A DNA stretch of 64,000 bases. It comes from an uncultured Bacteroidota bacterium (lineage in GTDB: Bacteria > Bacteroidota > Bacteroidia > Flavobacteriales > BACL11). A program made the translations under genes and the position numbers. This document shows, piece after piece, positions 57,982 to 64,000 of this stretch. The notes under the pieces were generated by a model. The model had not been told where the DNA came from, did no database searches, and saw only the letters and a list, made by a program, of their open reading frames with translations. Within the stretch, counting starts at the first letter, position 1. Each line of letters starts with the position of its first letter. The stretch lies in assembly GCA_902587125.1 (NCBI GenBank), contig CACIJW010000004.1, forward strand, positions 31,003-95,002, written 5' to 3'.

Positions 57982-58892
57982 TTGTGAAGCACAATTTTGT
58001 TAGTTAATGTTCCAATTTTTTCAATACTCATTTCAACAATATCATTTTCTTTGAGCCAAGTCTCTTCATATTCTATGTTTTTTCTTTTTTCAGTTCCATT
58101 GATTTCTAGCAAACATCCCTTACCTACTGTACCTGATCCAATTACATCACCAGGAAATATTTTAGTTCCATATGAAACTCGCTCAATAATTTCTTCAAAG
58201 GACCAGTGCATAGTTTTAAGATTTCCAATTGAATAAAGCTCATTATTAATTTTACATTTCATTTCTAAGTCAATTTTACCATTAGAAATTTCATTTTCAT
58301 AAATTTCATCTCTTGTTACAACAAAAGGACCAAAAATATTAGCAAAGTCTTTTCCCTTCGCAGGACCTAAGTTAAGCTTCATTTCACTTGATTGGATTTT
58401 TCTAGCGCTTATATCATTGTAGATTGTAAATCCACCAATAAACTCTCTTGCGTTTTCAGCCTTAATATTTTTACCCTCTTTGCATATTACAATTGCAATT
58501 TCAAGTTCATAATCAAGTTTATTTAAATGTTCTGGCATACATTCAACCTCGTCTAAGTGACCTAAAATTGAATTGTGATTTGAGAAGTAAAAAACAGGAA
58601 ATTCATCAAACTCCTTTATCATTTCAGCACCTCTATTTTTTCTACAAGTTTCAACATGTTCCCTAAAAGCATAGGCATCTCTTAAGCTATTTATTTTTGA
58701 AAATGGAGCTAGTATTTTAACATCTTCTAATTTTATAATTTCCTTCTTTTTTTTGTCCTCTAAATTATAAGTCTGGTTCTTTTGTAAAAAAGCAATGATA
58801 TTATCGGATTCGTCACTCAAGTCATAAATTCCATTATTAATAACCTGACCAAATGATATTTGGTTTTTATATAAATAACGTGCAAGTTTCAC
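57978..58892 (-). CDS. Fumarylacetoacetate hydrolase (FAH) family protein
   Basis: 304 aa. MKLARY N-terminus. A C-terminal FAH-fold block with PGDVIGSGTVG. GTG start. Confidence 0.8.
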   Translation of the reverse strand: MKLARYLYKNQISFGQVINNGIYDLSDESDNIIAFLQKNQTYNLEDKKKKEIIKLEDVKILAPFSKINSLRDAYAFREHVETCRKNRGAEMIKEFDEFPVFYFSNHNSILGHLDEVECMPEHLNKLDYELEIAIVICKEGKNIKAENAREFIGGFTIYNDISARKIQSSEMKLNLGPAKGKDFANIFGPFVVTRDEIYENEISNGKIDLEMKCKINNELYSIGNLKTMHWSFEEIIERVSYGTKIFPGDVIGSGTVGKGCLLEINGTEKRKNIEYEETWLKENDIVEMSIEKIGTLTNKIVLHK

Positions 58893-58897
58893 TCTTG

Positions 58898-58905
58898 CAA
58901 AAGTA
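58898..58905 (-). promoter_or_regulatory. Putative -7 box TACTTTTG for the FAH/flavin reductase/sulfotransferase/SOD unit
   Basis: Exact TAnnTTTG, 5 nt before the GTG at 58892. Confidence 0.45.
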
Positions 58906-58973
58906 TTAAAACCAGATTAATAATGACTTTCATACTATTAAAAAAAATAGTAATTTGCATAAAACATTTTGTA

Positions 58974-60131
58974 ATGCCAAGATATCATAAATTAGGAAAA
59001 ATCCCTCATAAAAGACATACTACATTTAAAAAAGAAAATGGAGGATACCATTACGAAGAGCTTTTTGGAACAATTGGGTTTGATGGTATGTCTACTCTTT
59101 TATATCATTTACACAGACCAACACAGGTCAAAGATATAATTAAGTCTTATTCAGTTAAGCCTAAAGTTGCTATCGAAAAGAACATGAAAGCATATTTGCT
59201 CGATGCATTTAAAGCTCCCAAAATTGCAGATTTAATTGAAAGTCGACTTTCAATTTTAGTAAACAATGATCTTAATATTATGCTGTCTGCACCAACAAAT
59301 AAATCAGAAGATTACTTTTATAAAAACACAGATGGAGATGAAATCATTTTTGTACATAAAGGAACGGGAACATTAAGAACTTTTATTGGAAACATTAAGT
59401 TTAAGGAGGGAGATTATCTAGTAATCCCTAGAGGAACAATTTATAAGATAAATTTTGATACAAATGAAAATAGACACTTTATTGTTGAGTCTTACAATCC
59501 AGTTTATACTCCAAAAAGATACAGAAATTATTTTGGCCAATTGTTAGAGCATTCTCCATACTGTGAAAGAGACTTAAGATTTCCAGAAGAATTAGAAACG
59601 CATGATAAAATTGGTGATCATTTAATTAAGCTAAAGAAAGAGCACATGATTCATGAATATGTTTATTCAGCTCATCCATTTGGTGTTGTTGGATGTGATG
59701 GATACAATTTCCCATATGCATTCTCAATACATGATTTTGAGCCCATTACAGGACGAGTACATCAGCCGCCACCAGTTCATCAAACTTTTGAGACTAGTAG
59801 ATTTGTCTTGTGTTCTTTTTGCCCCAGACTCTATGACTACCACCCTGAGGCAATACCCGCACCATATAATCACTCAAATATTGATTCTGATGAAGTGCTT
59901 TATTATGTTGATGGAGATTTTATGAGCAGAAATCATGTTAATGAAGGCTACATTTCACTTCATCCTGCAGGAATTCCGCATGGGCCTCACCCAGGAGCAA
60001 TGGAAAGGAGTATTGGAAAAAAGAAAACAGATGAGCTTGCTGTAATGGTCGATACTTTTGCCCCTTTAAAACTAACACAGCTGGCTATAGATCTTTCAGA
60101 TGGAAAATATCATAAGTCTTGGGTAGAATAA
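58974..60131 (+). CDS. hmgA: Homogentisate 1,2-dioxygenase
   Basis: MPRYHKLGKIPHKRHT N-terminus and HPAGIPHGPHPG. I set the start to the ATG at 58974, not 58923, because the 17 extra residues have no counterpart in HmgA. Confidence 0.9.
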   Translation: MPRYHKLGKIPHKRHTTFKKENGGYHYEELFGTIGFDGMSTLLYHLHRPTQVKDIIKSYSVKPKVAIEKNMKAYLLDAFKAPKIADLIESRLSILVNNDLNIMLSAPTNKSEDYFYKNTDGDEIIFVHKGTGTLRTFIGNIKFKEGDYLVIPRGTIYKINFDTNENRHFIVESYNPVYTPKRYRNYFGQLLEHSPYCERDLRFPEELETHDKIGDHLIKLKKEHMIHEYVYSAHPFGVVGCDGYNFPYAFSIHDFEPITGRVHQPPPVHQTFETSRFVLCSFCPRLYDYHPEAIPAPYNHSNIDSDEVLYYVDGDFMSRNHVNEGYISLHPAGIPHGPHPGAMERSIGKKKTDELAVMVDTFAPLKLTQLAIDLSDGKYHKSWVE

Positions 60132-60142
60132 ATTAATATTTT

Positions 60143-61276
60143 ATGAAACTAGAGAAAATATTTAAAGAAGCTAAAGATTTTCTTCCATTACTTGGAACAG
60201 ATTATGTTGAGTTTTACGTCGGCAATGCAAAGCAAGCAGCCCATTTTTACAAATCAGCATTTGGCTTTCAATCTTACGCATATAAAGGACTTGAGACAAA
60301 TAGCACGGATTGTGTATCATATGTTCTTGTTCAAGATAAGATTAAGATTGTTCTTACATCTCCGCTCAGCTCCAGTTCATCAATTAATGATCATATTGTA
60401 AAGCACGGTGACGGTATTAAGATTATTGCCCTTTGGGTTGAAGATGCTGAAAAATCATGGAAAGAAACAACCTCAAGAGGTGCAAAATCTTATATGGAAC
60501 CAAAATTGGAAAAAGATGAGCACGGTGAAGTTGTAAGATCTGGAATTTATACATACGGTGAAACAGTTCATATTTTTGTTGAGAGAAAAAATTATAAAGG
60601 AGTTTTTCTACCTGGATTCCAAAAGTGGTCGTCATCTTATGAAACTAAACCAACTGGCCTTAAATACATTGATCACATGGTTGGAAATGTTGGATGGAAC
60701 GAAATGAATAAGTGGGTCAAGTTTTATGAAGATGTCATGGGTTTTGTAAACTTTTTGTCCTTTGACGATAAACAAATAAACACAGAGTATTCAGCACTTA
60801 TGAGCAAAGTAATGAGTAATGGAAATGGAAGAATTAAATTTCCAATAAATGAGCCTGCAGAAGGCAAGAAGAAGTCACAAATTGAGGAGTATTTAGATTT
60901 TTATGAAGGGCCTGGAGTCCAACATATTGCTGTAGCAACTGATGATATAATATCTACAGTAAGCAAACTAAGAGCTCGAGGGATTGAATTCCTTTCTACA
61001 CCACCAGACGAATATTATAAAGCTGTTCCTTTCAGGCTTGGAGAGCATAATCATGAATTAAAAGAGGATATAGAAACTCTCAAAGGACTTGGAATACTAA
61101 TTGATGCAGATGAAGAGGGGTACTTACTACAAATTTTTACAAAACCTCTTCAGGATCGCCCAACTTTATTTTTTGAAATAATTCAAAGAGTAGGTGCCAG
61201 AGGTTTTGGTGCTGGAAATTTTAAGGCTTTATTTGAATCAATTGAAAGAGAACAAGCAAAAAGAGGAACATTATAA
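60143..61276 (+). CDS. hppD: 4-hydroxyphenylpyruvate dioxygenase
   Basis: IDHMVGNV. GVQHIAVATDDI. C-terminal FFEIIQRVGARGFGAGNFKALFESIE. Confidence 0.93.
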   Translation: MKLEKIFKEAKDFLPLLGTDYVEFYVGNAKQAAHFYKSAFGFQSYAYKGLETNSTDCVSYVLVQDKIKIVLTSPLSSSSSINDHIVKHGDGIKIIALWVEDAEKSWKETTSRGAKSYMEPKLEKDEHGEVVRSGIYTYGETVHIFVERKNYKGVFLPGFQKWSSSYETKPTGLKYIDHMVGNVGWNEMNKWVKFYEDVMGFVNFLSFDDKQINTEYSALMSKVMSNGNGRIKFPINEPAEGKKKSQIEEYLDFYEGPGVQHIAVATDDIISTVSKLRARGIEFLSTPPDEYYKAVPFRLGEHNHELKEDIETLKGLGILIDADEEGYLLQIFTKPLQDRPTLFFEIIQRVGARGFGAGNFKALFESIEREQAKRGTL

Positions 61277-61286
61277 ATAATAAATT

Positions 61287-61736
61287 ATGTCAAAATTAAA
61301 AATAGGAGATCAAGCTCCAAAAATAAATGCTATTGATCAAAATGGGTCTACGATCACATTGGATCAATATAGAGGTAAAAAGGTAGTTTTATATTTTTAT
61401 CCAAAAGATATGACTTCGGGTTGCACTGCACAAGCATGTAATTTGTCTGATAATTATTCTGATTTAATTAGCAAAGGATATGATGTTATAGGAGTTTCAT
61501 GCGATAGCGTGAAAAGACATCAAAAATTTATTGAAAAATATAATCTTCCATTTAATCTTATTTCTGATGAGGATAAGAAAGTAGTAAATGATTATGGAGT
61601 ATGGCAATTAAAAAAGTTCATGGGCAGAGAATATATGGGGATAGTGAGGACAACATTTATAATCGATGAAAACGGTAAAATCGAAGATGTTATTTCTAAA
61701 GTAAATACGAAAGAACATTATTCTCAAATTTTGTAA
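61287..61736 (+). CDS. bcp: Thioredoxin-dependent peroxiredoxin Bcp
   Basis: YFYPKDMTSGCTAQAC peroxidatic Cys motif. 149 aa. Confidence 0.9.
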   Translation: MSKLKIGDQAPKINAIDQNGSTITLDQYRGKKVVLYFYPKDMTSGCTAQACNLSDNYSDLISKGYDVIGVSCDSVKRHQKFIEKYNLPFNLISDEDKKVVNDYGVWQLKKFMGREYMGIVRTTFIIDENGKIEDVISKVNTKEHYSQIL

Positions 61737-61745
61737 TTTTACAAT

Positions 61746-62081
61746 ATGAAAAAGTTCAATTTATTTTTAATTTTTGTAAGCATCATCACGATAGATGCAT
61801 TTTCAACAGAAAAAGTAAAAGAAAAGTTCAAAATTTATGGCAATTGCGGGATGTGCAATGAGGTAATAACAAAAGCAGCTAAATCAGTTGACGGTGTGAT
61901 CTATTTAAAATGGAATAGTAAAACCAAAATTGCAAAAATCAAATATGATTCTGATAAGACTAGCTTAGATGAAGTTCAGAAAAAAATAGCCTCTGTTGGA
62001 TATGATACAGAGAAATATAAAGCTAATGACGAAGTTTACAATAATTTACATTACTGTTGCAAATATGATCGTGAAAACTAA
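61746..62081 (+). CDS. Exported heavy-metal-associated (HMA) domain protein
   Basis: Signal peptide. GNCGMCNEV (CxxC in HMA context). C-terminal HYCCKYDR motif. Confidence 0.65.
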   Translation: MKKFNLFLIFVSIITIDAFSTEKVKEKFKIYGNCGMCNEVITKAAKSVDGVIYLKWNSKTKIAKIKYDSDKTSLDEVQKKIASVGYDTEKYKANDEVYNNLHYCCKYDREN

Positions 62082-62092
62082 AAAAATATTAA

Positions 62093-62638
62093 ATGAGAAA
62101 ACTTTGTCTTATTCTATTATTAGTGCCTTGCACTCTTTTTAGTCAAACTCACTCTTTAGACAACACTAATCTTCAAGCGTCAGGACTACCCACAGATTTT
62201 GATATTACTAAAAGTACTTTCTATAATGCTTATGATACTTGTGCAGTAAGTTGGGTGTTGATTAGCGATTCCATGCCGTCTCAATGGGATATTTCATTCT
62301 GTTTTCCAGCGTGTTACCCGATTGGAGTTACTAGCGCTCAAGATACATTTATGCCAACAGCTAAAGTGTATCTTAATGGCCATTTTTACCCCAATTTAGT
62401 AGCAGGAGAAGGTTACATGCAAATGCAAATTACTACAAACTCAAATATTATTGATACCATTACTTGGTATGGTATAGCTTCAGAGATTTCTAATTTAGAA
62501 AGCTTCATATTAAAAAATGATCAAGAATTTATTGATATATATGATATAAGCGGAAGACGTGTTGAGAGTTTTGAAAATGGAAAAATTTTTTTTGTTAAAA
62601 CAAAACAAAATACTTTCAAAACTATATATGTTTTGTAA
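62093..62638 (+). CDS. Hypothetical secreted protein, possible short T9SS type-A C-terminal tail
   Basis: Signal peptide ending LFSQ. The C-terminal IDIYDISGRRVESFENGKIFFVKT...IYVL resembles a Por secretion tail. The core has no recognised family. Confidence 0.45.
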   Translation: MRKLCLILLLVPCTLFSQTHSLDNTNLQASGLPTDFDITKSTFYNAYDTCAVSWVLISDSMPSQWDISFCFPACYPIGVTSAQDTFMPTAKVYLNGHFYPNLVAGEGYMQMQITTNSNIIDTITWYGIASEISNLESFILKNDQEFIDIYDISGRRVESFENGKIFFVKTKQNTFKTIYVL

Positions 62639-62642
62639 AATC

Positions 62643-64000
62643 TTAACCGAAGAGAAGTCTAAATACCTCTTCAATTTTACCAAATTTTGAAATTTTAATT
62701 TTAAAATCTTTTGAGTTTAGATTATTATACTTTGATATAACAATTTGTTTATACCCAAGCTTCTCAGCTTCAGCGATTCTTTGCTCAATTCTGTTTACAG
62801 CTCTTATTTCACCAGAAAGTCCGATTTCTCCAGCAAAACATATTTGAGTGTCAAGTTCAATATTTTGATCTGAAGATAATATAGAACAAATAACTGCTAA
62901 GTCTATTGCAGTATCATCAATTCTAATGCCTCCAGTTATGTTTAAAAAAACATCTTTAGCTGCAAGTCTAAAACCACATCTTTTTTCTAGAACAGCTAAT
63001 AGCATATTCATTCTTCTCGTATCAAATCCAGTTGCAGATCTTTGAGGTGTGCCATATACAGCAGAGCTTACTAGAGATTGAATTTCAACTAGCAAGGGTC
63101 TTGCCCCTTCAATTGTACCAGCAATTGCAACACCACTTGTTTTTTCATCTCTTTCAGAAATTAGAATTTCTGATGGGTTAGCTACTTCTCTGAGGCCATA
63201 GCTATTCATCTCATAAACTCCAAGTTCAGATGCGGAACCGAAACGGTTTTTCACTGTTCTAAGTATACGATATATATAATTTCTATCTCCCTCAAATTGA
63301 AGTACTGTGTCAACCATGTGTTCTAAAATTTTTGGACCTGCTATTGCACCATCTTTGTTAATGTGACCTATTAAAAACACTGCTGTTCCACTTTCTTTCG
63401 CATATTTTAAAAGTTCTGAGGTGCAAGCTTTGACTTGAGAAACGCTTCCTGGCGATGATTCTATTTGAGATGAGTGAAGTGTTTGAATTGAATCAATCAC
63501 TAAAATTTCTGGCTCCAAGCTTTCAATTTGCTGAAAAATATTTTGTGTGTTCGTCTCTGTTAAAATGTAGCAGTTTTTAGAGCTTTTATTTATTCTTTTA
63601 GCACGCATTTTAATTTGTTTCTCACTTTCTTCACCTGAAACATATAAAATTCTTTTTGATATTGCGCTCAATGCAAACTGAAGTAATAACGTCGATTTCC
63701 CAATTCCAGGATCACCACCAAGAAGAACTAGAGAACCAGGAACAATACCTCCACCTAAAACTCTGTTGAGTTCTGAATCTTTAGTTACTATTCTTTCTTC
63801 TTGGCTATAGTCAATATCAGAAACTAATACAGGCTTATTAGCTATTTTACTTTTAAAGGAAATACTTACGTTATTATCATTGTTAATAATCTCTTCAACA
63901 AATGTATTCCACTCACCACATTGTGGACACTTTCCTAACCATTTTGGCGATTGATGACCACAGTTTTGACAAAAAAATGCAGATCTAATTTTTCTTTTTA
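62643..64000 (-). CDS. radA: DNA repair protein RadA/Sms; first few codons lie beyond the window edge
   Basis: The ORF track starts at an internal TTG, but I read the frame open to position 64000. It gives KRKIRSAFFCQNCGHQSPKWLGKCPQCGEWNTF (zinc finger), Walker A GGDPGIGKSTLLLQ, VKNRFGS and a Lon-like C-domain. Confidence 0.93.
   Translation of the reverse strand, partial: KRKIRSAFFCQNCGHQSPKWLGKCPQCGEWNTFVEEIINNDNNVSISFKSKIANKPVLVSDIDYSQEERIVTKDSELNRVLGGGIVPGSLVLLGGDPGIGKSTLLLQFALSAISKRILYVSGEESEKQIKMRAKRINKSSKNCYILTETNTQNIFQQIESLEPEILVIDSIQTLHSSQIESSPGSVSQVKACTSELLKYAKESGTAVFLIGHINKDGAIAGPKILEHMVDTVLQFEGDRNYIYRILRTVKNRFGSASELGVYEMNSYGLREVANPSEILISERDEKTSGVAIAGTIEGARPLLVEIQSLVSSAVYGTPQRSATGFDTRRMNMLLAVLEKRCGFRLAAKDVFLNITGGIRIDDTAIDLAVICSILSSDQNIELDTQICFAGEIGLSGEIRAVNRIEQRIAEAEKLGYKQIVISKYNNLNSKDFKIKISKFGKIEEVFRLLFG

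Noticed and set aside
58923-58973. The ATG at 58923, which would extend hmgA by 17 residues (MTFILLKKIVICIKHFV).
   Set aside because: HmgA proteins begin close to MP-x-YH-x-LG. The extension is hydrophobic junk-like sequence inside the divergent promoter spacer.
1-64000. A search by eye for a novel defence or mobile system. I looked for CRISPR repeats, integrase/transposase/recombinase genes, toxin-antitoxin pairs, restriction-modification, retron- or CBASS-like genes, tRNA or rRNA genes and large direct or inverted repeats.
   Set aside because: None were found. Every ORF longer than about 100 aa that is not antisense to a better gene has a housekeeping, envelope or catabolic assignment, or is a simple membrane or lipoprotein. 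No intergenic region other than 5558-5729, 5958-6250, 20057-20181 and 27726-27931 exceeds 81 bp. I will not claim an undescribed system that the sequence does not support.

Overview
The window is a very AT-rich (visually about 30% G+C, not computed), tightly packed chromosomal segment. It is almost certainly from a Bacteroidota/Flavobacteriia-type genome. The evidence is T9SS sorting domains, a PorP/SprF gene, SprB-type repeats, TAnnTTTG promoter boxes and A-rich, Shine-Dalgarno-poor start regions. I call 59 protein-coding genes plus one interrupted gene. Most are housekeeping: lepA, polA, gmk, nadD, tadA, hflX, rbfA, dusB, radA, five aminoacyl-tRNA synthetases, gatC, plsC, cyoE, hemW and msrB.

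The only clearly accessory, surface-facing locus is a 6.6-kb gene for a 2198-aa SprB-repeat adhesin with a T9SS type-B C-terminal domain. Its own PorP/SprF partner follows directly (20182-27725). Other coherent units are:
- an ExbB/small membrane protein/ExbD/ExbD cluster;
- a translationally coupled pair of secreted amidohydrolase-fold proteins;
- a divergent homogentisate (tyrosine catabolism) cluster that also carries a sulfotransferase, a flavin reductase, a Tat-signal-bearing Fe/Mn SOD, Bcp and an HMA protein.

I found no rRNA, tRNA, CRISPR array, IS element, integrase, phage gene or recognisable defence system, and no convincing undescribed multi-gene system.

The most unusual signals are architectural. 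All 12 convergent gene junctions overlap or are separated by 8 nt or less. All 12 divergent spacers are 33-81 bp. Seventeen exact TAnnTTTG boxes sit upstream of first genes of transcription units. Seven of them end only 4-5 nt from the start codon, which predicts leaderless mRNAs.
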